NCBI GenBank assembly: GCA_964035545.1
Contig: OZ037766.1
Coordinates: forward strand, 13,382,722-13,446,721
Direction of reading: 5' to 3'
DNA: 64,000 nucleotides
DNA from: Bugula neritina
Lineage: Eukaryota; Animalia; Bryozoa
A program made the translations under genes and the position numbers. This document shows, piece by piece, positions 51,101 through 64,000 of this stretch. The notes under the pieces are model-generated. The model was given only the letters and a program-made list of their open reading frames with translations. It was not told where the DNA came from and searched no databases. The first letter of the stretch is position 1. Each line of letters opens with the position of its first letter.

Positions 51101-52354
51101 TAGTGTCAACTTTAGGTTGTGCTGTGGGCCACAGCACCAGTTTTCTTTCCAAATTACTTTATTCCAAAATTTTATGAATCATTACACAATTAAGTCCCAA
51201 TAGTTACTGCAGGCTGCATGGTTTGCAGCATGTGTAGAAATAATACATTTGAAAAGTGGTTTTCCACTTTAATTCATGTATTCGTGTGAAAGCTAATTTT
51301 AGCTTCATACCTTTGAGGGCTACATAAATGTAGGCTGGGGGCCACATCCGGCCCTGGGGTCACCTGTTAGACAGCCCTGTTTTAAAGGCTACAGTCATAA
51401 TTAGTATATAAAAATACTCAAATCTCATAAAAGTCTACAATGGTAACAGATGGTTCAATTTAAAATAATTTACTTCTATGTTAAGCTAAATGTCTAGTCA
51501 TCATGTTGAGGACTAAGCAATGAACTCTTTTCCTTTTTAAAATTTGTAGCCATTTGAATCTTGCGTAACACTATTACTGAAGTCATTAATCCTAAGCATA
51601 TTGGCAATTAAACTTGCTATTAAATTATATGCACATAACTGTAGTCAGAAATAAATTTCTCTCTTCTTATTCTCATGTAAAGCAGCCTATATATTGAACC
51701 ATGTTTTAACAGATGTCCTTGTACAACTGCATACCCAATTGTCAGTAGTTTCTGAAAGATCTTCAATGAGTTTTTGCAGCTTTTCTCCCTCTCCACCTTT
51801 GGCTTGGAACTCCTTGACAAGATGACTGGCATGTTCATACTGTGACTCTGTGGTGATGGGCTTGATGACTTTGAGATATACAGTGAGAGTGTCAGCTAGC
51901 TTGGGAACCGGCAGCTTTGGTAAAGGCAGCTATAGATAAGGTCAACAATTATATTACATATTTTAATCAGGGAGTGTGCTATTTATATACAAGATGTAGT
52001 TTTGTCTCTGCGTAACAAAAGGACATCTCATATAAATGGTATACTCCCTGTTTAAACTATGAACTAATATAAATATTTGTTAGAATGGAAGTAGTGTTAT
52101 CAGTAGGTTAACTATACAATTTACCATTCAGTTTCTCTTAGATTTAGCATATATTTTACCAGCAATAATGCAGAAAATATGGAGCAAGCATATCTTGCTT
52201 TTGCCTTTTTGCTTTATCTAAGAAAACTAACTTTGAGATTCCATTGTGGATATTCTTCCAGATCTTGAGACTCCACCCTCTTCACATATTCCTTTACCAT
52301 TCGAGTAGTTCCCGCATTTGCATTTGGCGTGGTAGCGCACTTGTTGGCTGCCAT
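42117..52354 (-). CDS. CHAT: Choline O-acetyltransferase, ~727 aa, 15 coding exons
   Basis: Exons 52354-52232, 51929-51735, 50411-50293, 49537-49484, 47965-47791, 46354-46174, 45908-45697, 45580-45480, 45297-45166, 44814-44692, 44349-44148, 43445-43308, 43028-42898, 42701-42568, 42280-42117 (2184 nt, in frame). LPKLPVP, WWLDDMY, LPINSNP, NRWYDK, catalytic EHSPSEG, TYESASTRRYRLGRVDNIR (VDN is ChAT-type, versus TET/TDT in carnitine acyltransferases), LSTSQ, GYGPVV. Confidence 0.95.
45995..46140. repeat. Minisatellite, ~5 x 29 bp (tatagtctgagaaagtctgttgaaacttg), in ChAT intron 6
   Basis: Direct reading; degenerate tandem units without unique spacers. Confidence 0.85.
49965..50108. mobile_element. 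MITE family A copy in ChAT intron 3
   Basis: Terminal inverted repeats gctgcgttcctattgcttc ... gaagcaatgggaacgcagt; body similar to 60058-60220. Confidence 0.75.
51037..51379. mobile_element. Non-autonomous hAT (Charlie-like) element in ChAT intron 2
   Basis: Ends CAGCGGTGTCCAAC ... GTTAGACAGCCCTG, subterminal gggccac motifs, and degenerate 8-bp flanks with central TA (gtttaatg / ttttaaag). Confidence 0.7.
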
Positions 52355-55300
52355 TTTAGTTTTTGTTGATTTACAGATTAATTCGTTTAGCTGCCCATTT
52401 CTATACTCAGTTTAAACTAAAAGAAAAGAACTTTGAAAAACACTTCATGTATTATTCCAGCCGCTATGAATAAGCTGTGATAAATACACGCAGGTATTAA
52501 TTCCTTAAATATGGAGTATTATGGACATACAACAGATACAAACAACTACACACAAACATCAATGCTAGAAATTTAAAGCCACGGCACACTTGCTTGTATT
52601 CAAGGAACTAAACATAAATAAATAATAATAACAATGTAGCCACCAAGATAGAAAATGGAGTTGCTTTGCCAAAATTTGTTTTGATTTACATAATTAACTA
52701 TATATTTATTTTTCTTGAATGTGAAGCTATCACACAACTATTGTCTATGGTCCTTTGCTTACCTGTCTGGACAAATTGAAATAATTTGAAGAACTGACTG
52801 CCAAAGATTGCTACTGAATGTTCTGGAAGGCCATTGCACTAACGGTGTAAGTGTTATAAGAAGCCCTATCAAAGATCACGCATTTGTGCATGATCAAATT
52901 AGGGTTCAGGGCCAAAAAATCAATAAAGTATAACAGGTTCATAAGAATATTATGTTGAAACATGTAACAAACCAGGCTTAACATTCTTGAACACTTGGAG
53001 GTGAAAAATTTGCGGGGAAATTGTTCTATAGCAGCATATATACAGTTCTATAGCATCAAGTACTTGATTGAAACTGAAAATTGTGAAAACAGTAAATTTT
53101 TAAAAAATCTGGTTACTTAAGTAAAAATTGTGTTTAAATACACTGAAATCAAAATTTAAGTATTGAAATTAAAAGAAAATAAACATAAATGCTTTATTCA
53201 AGAAACTACAATGTTTATATGTCAAATACAGTTTTGTTAAAGCCATTGTGTATTACAAAAAAGGGGAAACCATTAAAATAGCTAAACGATGTAATAAATT
53301 AAGCAAATTGCACTCACCAGGACTCTGTCAGCAAAAATTGTTGTGAAAATTTAATTCTGCCAAATTGGTTAAGCAGCTGCACGTACCGAATTACAGTGAT
53401 TGTATTGAACTATCAAAAGAAGCGTATCAATATAAAAGATCCTAAAGGGATTGATTTGTAGTGTAGTAGAAATTCTTGAAGAATGTACAGTAAACATAAT
53501 AAGAAATCAATATTTGTACATAAAACATTTATATGTGGCATGATGAACAATTTGACTGGGCAACAGCTAATACTTTACTAAAGGAATTCAGTTTGCCAGA
53601 ACTATTTAAACTAAACTAATTTATCTAAACACTTGATAGAACTTGTTAACAAATGACAATATTTTATTTAGGCAACAACTCTGATGTAAAACCCAATTTT
53701 TTTCATTGGCTTTACACAGTACATGACACATGAGACTATAACACAATTCTGGATATGAAAAGATAAGCCTTAACAGCTCAGTTGTCAAAATGTGTAGATG
53801 GACTAAAATGTATTATAAGTACATTGCCTAAAACTTTACTTATTACGTCAAGTTTAATAATGGTTTCAAATTTAAAATATACAGTGTGGCTAGTTTTAGT
53901 TCAACCTATTATCCGCCTGTTTCAGAATTGTCAATAAAAACTGGTTAATAATTAATTAATGATTAATGCACATGGTTTGAATAGCTTTTAATGCAGCACT
54001 AAAAGAACACTATAATTGATTTTACCATTTAAACATCATACACAAAGTAGTATATTTTTATCATGATAGTACTTTTCTAGCTATGAATTGTACCAACTAC
54101 TAATTATATTCAATTTTAAACTCAATAATCATTAGATTTGAATGAAACATGTATACACAAGCCATTAATCCAGATAATTGATAAAACATGAGAATATACT
54201 AGTAGGTAGATAATATAACATTAAGTTGCAAATAGGTTCTTGCTTTCAAACTTTCAGCAGGCCAATGCCCAAAAGTTGAGCCTTTAAATTAAATGCACGC
54301 CAAGATACCATACAGTCATAATTTGAACTTTTCCAATCTTGATTTTTATTCACAATTTATTAAAATCTCATCTTCAAAGTATTGAAGAAGTATCATCAGA
54401 TGGAAAGGAGCTAAGTGAAAAGCTTCATTAGAACAATATGAAGAAATCAGAAGCCAAATCAGATTACTTGCCATTAATAAAGCACTGCCCTAGGTACTCA
54501 TTGTAGAAGAATAGCATTGATCATGCAGCTGGATAAGTTTTACAGACCTGAGGGGTTTACAACTGCAGCAATAACTCTCAACTATAAATTTCCAACAATT
54601 ACATAAAAGTTGCAATTAATTTGCTAAAGTATTATAGTGTAAGTGAAAGATGAATATATTCTATTATTGATTTAGCAATTGGTAATTTCATCAGCAAATG
54701 GTTTCTATAACTTCAATCTTGCCTATAATTGGCTTATGGTGTCTATAAACATGATGGCCAACAAGAATGGTTCATTAACTATACATCAAATACTGACACA
54801 ATTCGGATGGCCTGGCACTTCTATACTATGAGCATTTACTTTGTGCTTTAATTTCTAAAATATCTAATGCAGTAAATTTAACCCTTTATTCTGTGTAATT
54901 ATGTGTAATTAATTTTATTGAAACTACAGAAAAAAGCATGTTTTTGGGAAGAGGCTGCAAAAATATCGAAGCACCAAATAGAATTGAAAAAAATTAAAAG
55001 TAAAGTATAAAATACTCAAAGGTGGGCCCACAAAACACTAGCTGACTAGCAATTAAGTAGTAAAGTGAATACAACACTCAATATTTTACACACACCCCTT
55101 AGATTAGGTTTCACACACAGCCAAGTACATTAACTTCTTATATAACAAAGCATACACTAATTAATAAATAACCTCTAGATGACTAGTCCATAGAAAAGAG
55201 TTGACTCAAGTAGCCTTCACAATATAAATTATTTACAAAAAAATTAAGGTGAAACATCACGGCCTGTTATTATTAATCAAGACTAGATCATAAAAGCTAT

Positions 55301-55369
55301 CAAAAAAGCTTACAGAATAATAAATTCTGAGTTCATAGTTGTAACATTGCAAGAAGATTGTTAGTCAGT

Positions 55370-58300
55370 TTACACATCTGTAACTACCTGACTTTTCTGT
55401 TTATTTTCAATATGTTCTTGCAGGTTCAGTATATAATCTTCAGTAGTCATACTTTCATTTATTTTGATTTTGTCAAAGTCTATATTACTGAATTGATTAA
55501 AATCAATATCGTTAATAGATTTATTGGTAAAGAAATCGTGTGCGCTGTGTCTACTGGAGCCAGGTCTGTAGTTATCGTATTCAGATTCCGCTCCTATATC
55601 GCTGAGATTGGGATCACTGCGGGAGAACTCGCTGCCTACCATAGATGACATAATACTCATGTCATCGTCAAACAGCTGAGAGTTGGACATGTGTGAATTT
55701 CTATTGTATCGAGCTCTCCTCTGATATGGTAAGTTTAGCACCTCCTCGCTTTCACTGGGCAGTAACTCCATACTCTTACAGTGTCTCAGCGTAGAGCCCA
55801 TTGTGCTGGCGGCACCCGCAGCCGTCGGCTTCAGTAGAGCCAGTAGTTTACTCTCTGCCCACTGTAGCCGCTGCAAAGGATGCTCATGCTCGTCCTGATC
55901 ACGTGACTTAGAGGACGTTGAGTATGGCTCTGTCTCATAGTCTGTATCACCTACGAGACTATCACAGTCTGCAATGTCACTTTCTATCTCGCTATACAGC
56001 TCTCCTACATTCTGCCCCGACACCTGCATACGCTGCAGTTTGCTCATGAACTTGTTGGAGGGAAGCGCCACGGCCGGGGCATTCTTTCGACTATACTTCT
56101 GTTTGGGTGCATTACCGGACTGAAAGTGATTTCTATTGTCGTAAGTGCCATAGTCAGTGCTGTACATGTTATCATACTCGGTTATGTTCGAGTCGTAAAT
56201 GTGACTTACATTTTCATTGTCGTCGTCTGACAACTCTGACTCAGTGGCGATGCTGACAGAAGGGTCGTGGAGAGATGTGCCAGATCCAGCTGACCCTGTC
56301 AGCATCTGTCCATTAGTCTCCGAAGATGCTGACTGATGGATATCTGCTGGAATATTGTCCCTGCTTAGCCCTGGTTCACTAATATCATGTGGTATGCTTT
56401 CATCTGCAGCTGCCATTGCTTCTTCTATCAAGTTTAATAATCAAATCAGAAACTACATTAAAAGTCAAACTTTGCTGTAAACTTTAAGAATTTCTTATTT
56501 AAAAAGAGTGCTTAGGTTATGCATAGACTTAGTATTATCACAGCAGCATGACATTACTGCACAGTAACTTCTGCCAGAGAAAACAGAACCAGACTGATAT
56601 TTTCAAATGACTAAACTAACACTACGTTTCCATGATTTGCATTTAGCGAATGGATTTTTCATTTGCCTCATGGAAATAGTTTCATCGAAGCAAAACCGCA
56701 ACTATAAGTCAATGCAAACCGCAAGCACAAATTACTCCGTAAGGGCATCCATTCACATAATGCGCATGTCATGGAAACGCAGTGATTAGCAGTTACCAAT
56801 ACTATACATATTATACATAAATACCAGCAAGTCGCTCAAAGCCAAATATAACTTTACATTTATTACCTTGCAGACAATTTGTGTTTTCTGAGTACTGGCT
56901 AGTGATTGGCTGATTTCTACTCTTGGAGGGTGTGGTTGGTGGAGAGAGACTACGTATGGTGCTGGCAGCAGTCCTACTACCAGTGCTGTTGGAGTGAGAC
57001 GGATTACGTTTACGGGGCAGATGTGGAGACTTATGTAGACTCTCTCTTGTCTTAGCAAACCTGCACATTGTAAAATAAAATATAGCAGAGTCTACTTGCA
57101 TGCAGATAAAACCACACTAGTGTAGGAAATATTATATGATAAGCCTGCACACATATAGTTATGGTGATTATGAAGAGACAAATTGGAAGCTTATAGGGAT
57201 AAAAAGTTCTCCAAGTAATGCATACCATATACATTCATAGTACATACATGCATACAGTACATGCTGACTTAAAATCAAACGCAAAGACTGATAATCAAAT
57301 CTACCTATTAAGCTGCCGTTTGAGTAAAGGAGACAAAGATGGGTCAGCATTAATGTTAGGGAGCTGCTGATTGGTCAACTGCTGGTCGGTCATTCTGGCC
57401 ATCATGAGAGGGGAGTCACCATCAGGAGTGGTGCTGGTAGAGCTTACATTTCCTTCCATCGAAGTCTACAATTAGAAAACAAACACACACACTTGGTGTT
57501 TAGTGCGTGTATGACATTACACAATGGTGACACCATAAAGGTAGCACAGTTCAATAACCATTTCTATTCTACACCAACTTAAACTCACACTTTTTGCAAT
57601 AAACTACATTTAATTCATAATTATATGTTTTAAAGAGTTTCAAAGAGCTATAAATTCTAAGGTACGTGGAATAGCTTCATCACAGTCACTATGTATAGAA
57701 TTATCATGTATGTATATGCATGTGTATGTAATGTGTATGTATACGTATAGTATATGCACGTGTATTAGCATGTAAGTGTATGTAAATATGTGTCTAGTAT
57801 ATGTATAATGCTCAGATATATTCAACATATGATGAAATGAACTTAATTCTAACCCTGGTATGTTGCATTTTTATAAACTTTATTCAATGCATACTGAAGA
57901 GCTATAGAATTATCTGTAAACTCGAACCATAAGATGGCTAGCTAATACATATTCACAGCAGCCAAGTTAACATTCCGGTACAAAAATACTCTGTATAGAA
58001 GTGAAAAGGGGCAACACACCTGCATCTTATCAGAATAGACGCTACTGGCCATCACTCGGTCTAAACCCAGAATGAGTCCTTTTTTCGGCGGGTCCAAAGG
58101 TTTAACAGGTTGCAGAGGGGGTGGCTGGTGCACCACTGGCTGGTGTTGGTGGGGGGAGGAGTATATTCCCCGTAGCAATGGCACAGTATCCTTACAATCT
58201 TCGCTATCTTCCTGGTCAACTCGCTCACTGTGTAATCATATTGCAAGCAATTGCATATGAAGTTCATAAAACCGTTTTTTAAGAAAGAACTGTTAAAACG

Positions 58301-61300
58301 AAACTCTATACACACGCCTCAAGCAACATATGCTAAAATAAAGTCCAAACATATACTATTTTATATGAACATGAATTAGTAACACTCTGTGAGTAGAAAG
58401 AGAAGGCACGTTATCCATAGCCCTAGTACCTGCTGTACTGGTTGTGTATGAGCACGGGACTATCTCTATACGACGACTGAGAAGAGCTCCTGCTAGGTAG
58501 CCTTAGAGGAGGAGTAGAGCGAGTGTAGCTGAGGGCAGGAGACATCTTAGCCTGTGGGGGTGGAGATCTGGGAGCGGAGAATGAAATTCCACTGGCTGAT
58601 GTCATCGCTGTATCACACAAAATCAAGGACGGTTAGAGTTTTACAGCATATCACTGCCTGCAGCATGATGTGAATGGGTGGAGTATTAAGAACTATGGTA
58701 TAATGATACATTGAAGTGCAATTCTGTAAACTAACATATTTCTAGAAATCAACTGAAGATGTAATATAAAAATTCTGACACAGGCCCTTTGAACACATAA
58801 ATTACAGGCGCATTTTAAATAAAGCATAAAACAGATTATAATATATTTATATTTGGGTAAATTAATTATTACAATAAATCAAACTATAATTGCTGTATAA
58901 TTTCTCTACGTCTAAGCAATCTGCACATCTATGACAATGCATAGACATCATCAAACTATGCAGTACATATGTTTGTATTCAGTGCAAAGCAAACCCCTTC
59001 CTGCCCCACACAGTACCTCTTTGTGCACTGTGATAAGATGGTGATTTATATGAAGAGTCTTGGATGTGGGAGGAAGAGTTTGTGCTCCGTCTGCTATGGT
59101 TTCTAAATAAAGGAAGTTCACCAGCTGACCGGGGATGTTTCTTCTGCCAGCTGTGACTGTAGCAACATACAAGATCATTACATTCATTTCACCTGACATG
59201 ACTACAATTCATTATTTCTCTGAACATCAGACTGTACCAAATAAGGTTTTGCAAGGTTTTATTTTGCAAATCGATTATATTAAATGAGTATTACCTGTTC
59301 TCTGATTGGTTGGATGACATAGTAGGCTGTTGTACGTCTCCATAGAAGTCAACGTGCCCCTCAGGTGTGTGTGTCATCAGGTGAGCAGAAGACACTGGCG
59401 GGTTCCCTGAAGCACAAATAAACATTAAATAATGTAAGTCATGGTGTTATAAATATTCTATATATATCCCTACAAGCACCATCACCACGCATACTTGTAC
59501 TTAATTGCATCTATAAAATCATAGAAACCCACAAAAGCTTACAACCATTTGATTGAAACTTATCATGGACAAGATTACTTTCCACAGCTTTTACTGAAGC
59601 ACTACATTATATAAAAATGATATATAAATTATAAATAATTATTGCAATTTATAATTGTACAAACATACAAATAGGGCATACCATAAACCCATCAACATTT
59701 ATTTGATGGAAATCTATTTGCTAGAGGATGCAAGAAGGTATTCACAAGGCAAAGACATACCAGTTAGATTAGCCTGAGTAAGAATGATGGTTCCTCTACT
59801 GTCTGAAGAATGCAACCTCTGGATAGGGGGAGTTCTGTTCTTGGCGTAATGCACTGCGGGGAGCTCACACGGGGACATTGATCTGGAGGACACTTTAATG
59901 AGCGACGAGCTTTCTGGAATCTATGTGAACAATTAAACCCAACATTATATATTAAGTCTAATATTTTAACTAAAATATTATATATAGAGTAATATTCTAA
60001 CATACATAGAGTAATATTCTAACATATACAGAGAAATATTTTAACTAAAATTTATAAGCTGCGTGTCCACTGCTTCGAATGAATCCGTATGGGTGTTCAG
60101 TCGGATGAATTTGTGGCTACGGTTTGCATGAACTTATGGTTGTGGCTTCATTCAATGCAACTGTTCACACACATCGAATGAAAGATCCATACGCATAATG
60201 CGAAGCAATGGTAACGCATTGATAGAGAAATATTGTAACCAACATATATGACAATTAATATTTTAATAAAAGCAATATTACAATACCTTATTCCTAATAG
60301 TGTAGCAACTACTGAAACAACATTAACCTTGCAAATAGTTTTACTGAACATTTTCAAAGCATGATGGTTTTGGTGAACATAATTTTTCAGTAATCTCTAA
60401 TATTCTTCTAAATAACACTTAATTTACAGGTTGATAACCTAGTATTACAAAAATTATTACAATTATCTGTTTATTCAGTTTTCCTTTCTGTAACTGAATA
60501 CCGAAGCATAAACTCAGGCAATGATTGATCAGTATATATAGAAGGCTAGCTATATACTATGCTGACCCAGCAGCATATTGAAACTTGTACAAACCTTGAA
60601 AACATTATCTACAGTAAATCCACTCTCCTTACTAAAGTTCCGAGTAAAACTGCTGCTTGGTGTACTGCCTGTGGAGTTGCTGTGCTGCAGCAATCCTAAA
60701 ACAATGAAAATGCTATGCATGCTAAGAATACTGTGTGGCTGCTACCAAACATGGTTGCTATCAAATTACAAAAAAAGATTTACTAAGTAAAGTTAACACT
60801 AATACGTAATGCACTGGATGGTGTACATATAGAAGGTTAACTATGCTACCCTATAAACATATTAAAACTTGTACATTTATTGGGTACCCTAAAAAAGACT
60901 GAAGTTGACGTTTAAGAAAGAAAAATCTATGCAACTCAAATAAACCTAAAATTCAGCTCAAATTCTAAAATTTGTTGACCATGCCCAGAAAACTGATAGA
61001 TTACACAAACTATGAAGAGTTACAGGAAGCGGTGGTGTGTAGTACCTGGGGGCCATTCTGTCTTCATCTCATAGCTGGGTATCCTAACTCTAGCCTGAGA
61101 CGGCGCAGACTGGAATGGGTATTGTTGGCTGCTGATCACCACTGTCTCAGCTTGACTCAAAGTCCCCACAGAATGGTTGTGGACTCGAGGTGACCTGATA
61201 ACAACCTTCTTAATACAGCAATTGACTTGTGTGGGATTGTATAAAACAATATTAAACAATACTATCTTAAAAAAATTATTGGAAGTAAAAACACGATTTT

Positions 61301-63959
61301 ATTACATCATCCAAAAATCTTAGCCAATCAAAAGGAAAAAGACTATAAACACATACAAACTTGCATTTGACAGGATAATATCTAGCAGAAGCAAACTGAC
61401 ACGTGCAGAGTTGCCTCACCTTGAACGCTGATAGACTTCAGTCTGACTACCGTCACTCTCATTATCACTGGCTATAACAGACTGCAGACGTCTGCTCACC
61501 ACAATGTACGGCTGCAGCTCTTGTAACACGGGCATGTTGCCGTGAGACCGCGGCTGGAACTGGAATCGTCTCCTCAGTATTTGCGCCACTTCTTTATTCA
61601 CCTGCGAGAAAAGCACAACCAGTTATGGGACAAGCATAATCTATCTTGTTGTATTTCAACGAGTAACCCAGCACTATAATTAAACTCAAACCACTCTATC
61701 AGTCTGTGCATTCAGCAGCTAAAAATAAGAACTAAACTGGTGACCTTTAGGTCAGCTACACCATATGACATAAGCAATGAATACAGAGGGACATTTTGTT
61801 GACAGCAAAGATCACCTGAATATGATTTACTTTTCCAGAAAGTTCCAGCATTCTAGCCATCTCGACTGCTGGTCCCCAAATGTTGTACTGAGGCATCTTA
61901 TATCCCAACACTCCTTCAACCACGGGGCCTATTGATACTCCTAAATGCACCAATCAGCAGTGAACAACAAATACTTCAGGTACGATACAAAAATTTAAAA
62001 TACAAAGGAAGTAAAGATTTACGAATAAAATTGGCGATTCTAACAGAATAAAACATTCGCAATAGTTTATTATCTCAAACTACTTGTATAATACAAAATA
62101 TGATTTCCAATATCACAAAAAAAAACAAACTAAAAGACCACTTCTCATAGCTATAATTATCCACAAGTCACTTAGCCAACCGTCAACCAGAAGCGTATTA
62201 GAAACTAACCAGCTCTGAGCACGAGATTTCTACCAGCCATTGCGTTGAGCTGCATGAGACAGTGCTTCATATCGAGTAGGAGGTCGACTAACTTGCACAA
62301 GTGTTTCATTGCGTAGTCTTGCTCACCCCCATGCTACATACAACAAGTTATAACACTTATACTCATTACAAAGTAAGGCTCAACTACCAAAGGCTAAAGT
62401 TAAAACTTCAACATATATTTTTTCTCAAAATAATTAAAAAAATGCTGAAAATGAAAATTGCTGAGGAAAAATGTATGAAAATAACAAAATTTCAGCTGTT
62501 GAAACACGATTCGCAGAAGTGATATCACAGAATAAATCTAATGAATATAACTGGAGAAGTTACCAGGGAAGAGACACAATAGGATGTGCTGCATACAGCT
62601 GGGTACAGGTGAATGGCAATACGACAACGTACCTGGCCATAGGGGGCTGATGAGCCACTAATACCCGATACTAGAACATATGTCAGCCCATCATTGTACA
62701 CCTTCTCAATAAGCTGGAAATCAGGTCTCCTCAACAACTAAAAATATATTATTAAACTCATTGAAAAACAGAAGAGAAAATGAGTTGAGTTGAATGTACC
62801 AAGCACTTAAATGCTTTGATCACTGATGCTGAAATATGGATAAGCAAAGTAGAGCAATATAGCACTAATACCACTACTTATGTTGAAAAGGTATATAAAA
62901 CATGTGCATGATGCTCTATCAGCATATACACATTATTCATAATATATATATTCTATAATACTAAGAATTCACATGTAAAAAAAGTTGAGTTAATGTTATA
63001 TTGCAATTGCCCGATGGCAAACATAATATTTACACATTTCCTGAGAGTTTGTGTGATTGGTCAAAACTCACGTGATCGAATGCTGAGGTCACATCATGCA
63101 GAACCTGCATCAACAGCAACGATTGATTTGATTGGTGCATTTCGGCAGCAAAACCGGCAAAATTAGGAATCGTTAGAAAAGCTACTCCCGCGAGATTATG
63201 GCTCCTACAGAAAGGTTTCTACCAAAACACCAATACAATGAGAGTTTTACACTCAAGGCATTGTCAAGGCAAAGACTCATATACTTCTACATATTAGAAG
63301 TAAATAAAACCAGAATAATCAACTATAAGTTAATAAACTTGTACATGTTGAATGTATCATTTTGAAAGATATTTATATTCGAAAGAAGCATTATGTGAAA
63401 TATAAATTTACATAAAACTTTCTTTTTTATTACTAGCGATATGTGTTATATATTACAGTGTATATTACTAATGTACCCAACAACTATATGAGTGTACATG
63501 CATAATATAATTATATTGTTACAGGTACCATACTAAAAACCATCATAATTAACTTGTACACTAAAATACGTATATACCCCCTATATAATATATGTGTTTA
63601 GCATATATAATACATTATTAGCATCACATATGTATATCTCTTGCATACTAAATTATTCCCTACTATAATGTGCGCAATGTGGATACACACAACATATGAC
63701 ATATATTAATAGTATACTCACCACAACACACTCTGCATTGCTATAGTGTCCAATGACATGTGAAGGTAGGGCGTTCTCCACCACCCCCAATCTAAGAGTT
63801 GTCATATCCTGAGCATTCTGATAGCAACTAGTCTTCTTGTGCTGCCATATGAAGTCTAGCTTTCTGACCCATTCACTGTGCCGGCCAATGAGAATGTGCA
63901 TTATAGCGAAGTGGACCAGTGCGACTATGGCCATAACAGTGGAGGGAGGCAGCCCTTCT
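55370..63959 (-). CDS. 3' part of a transmembrane adenylyl cyclase-like gene (last TM helix, degenerate C2 domain, long tail); 5' part lies beyond the window
   Basis: Exons 63959-63722, 63218-63072, 62737-62633, 62333-62210, 61940-61816, 61601-61420, then nine small phase-compatible exons (~61194, 60695, 59919, 59406, 59157, 58607, 58227, 57465, 57060), ending with 56424-55370. AC-type motifs EWVRKLDFIWQ, NALPSHV, GVAFLTIPNF, AFDHLL..F..IEK, GPVVEGVLG..PQYNIWG, G..NHIQV. Confidence 0.88.
56621..56783. mobile_element. MITE family A copy (opposite orientation) in the last cyclase intron
   Basis: TIRs actacgtttccatga ... tcatggaaacgcagt; interior is complementary to the 49965/60058 copies. Confidence 0.65.
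60058..60220. mobile_element. MITE family A copy in a cyclase intron
   Basis: gctgcgtgtccactgcttcg ... cgaagcaatggtaacgca; shares ggtttgcatgaact(t/g)atggttgtgg and catcgaatgaaa with the 49965 copy. Confidence 0.75.
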
Positions 63960-64000
63960 CTAACAACACATCAATCGTTAATAACAGTTATACAGTTTAA

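Noticed and set aside
42117-52354. Carnitine acetyltransferase instead of ChAT
   Set aside because: The GRVDNIR motif is choline-type, not the TET/TDT carnitine-type.
63005-63220. GC-richer patch first suspected to be a transposon fragment
   Set aside because: It is a 147-nt cyclase exon (63218-63072) that is missing from the ORF track.

Overview
AT-rich, intron-containing animal (invertebrate-like) genomic DNA; species not identifiable from sequence alone. Manual exon joining (splice sites and reading phase checked by hand) gives eight protein-coding loci: (1) last exon of a sepiapterin reductase-like gene (+, 141-244); (2) a complete 12-exon nicotinic acetylcholine receptor alpha subunit (-, 1537-16599, ~636 aa) with an unusual ~145-aa N-terminal extension carrying a furin-type site, and one GC-AG intron; (3) an intronless mitochondrial-type DHODH nested on the same strand in intron 7 of that receptor; (4) an orphan ~565-aa two-exon gene; (5) RPL12 with a TCT/5'TOP start; (6) UAP1 (+, 10 coding exons), preceded by a 3.35-kb perfect (AC)n tract; (7) choline acetyltransferase (-, 15 exons, ~727 aa) with no VAChT ORF in its 5' region; (8) the 3' half of a membrane adenylyl-cyclase-like gene whose C2 domain has lost the canonical catalytic residues and which ends in an ~850-aa disordered tail with a PDZ ligand (-TDV). 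Small MITEs and tandem repeats lie in introns. Best leads: the apparent pseudo-cyclase scaffold, the pro-domain-bearing nAChR, the nested intronless DHODH and the VAChT-less ChAT locus.
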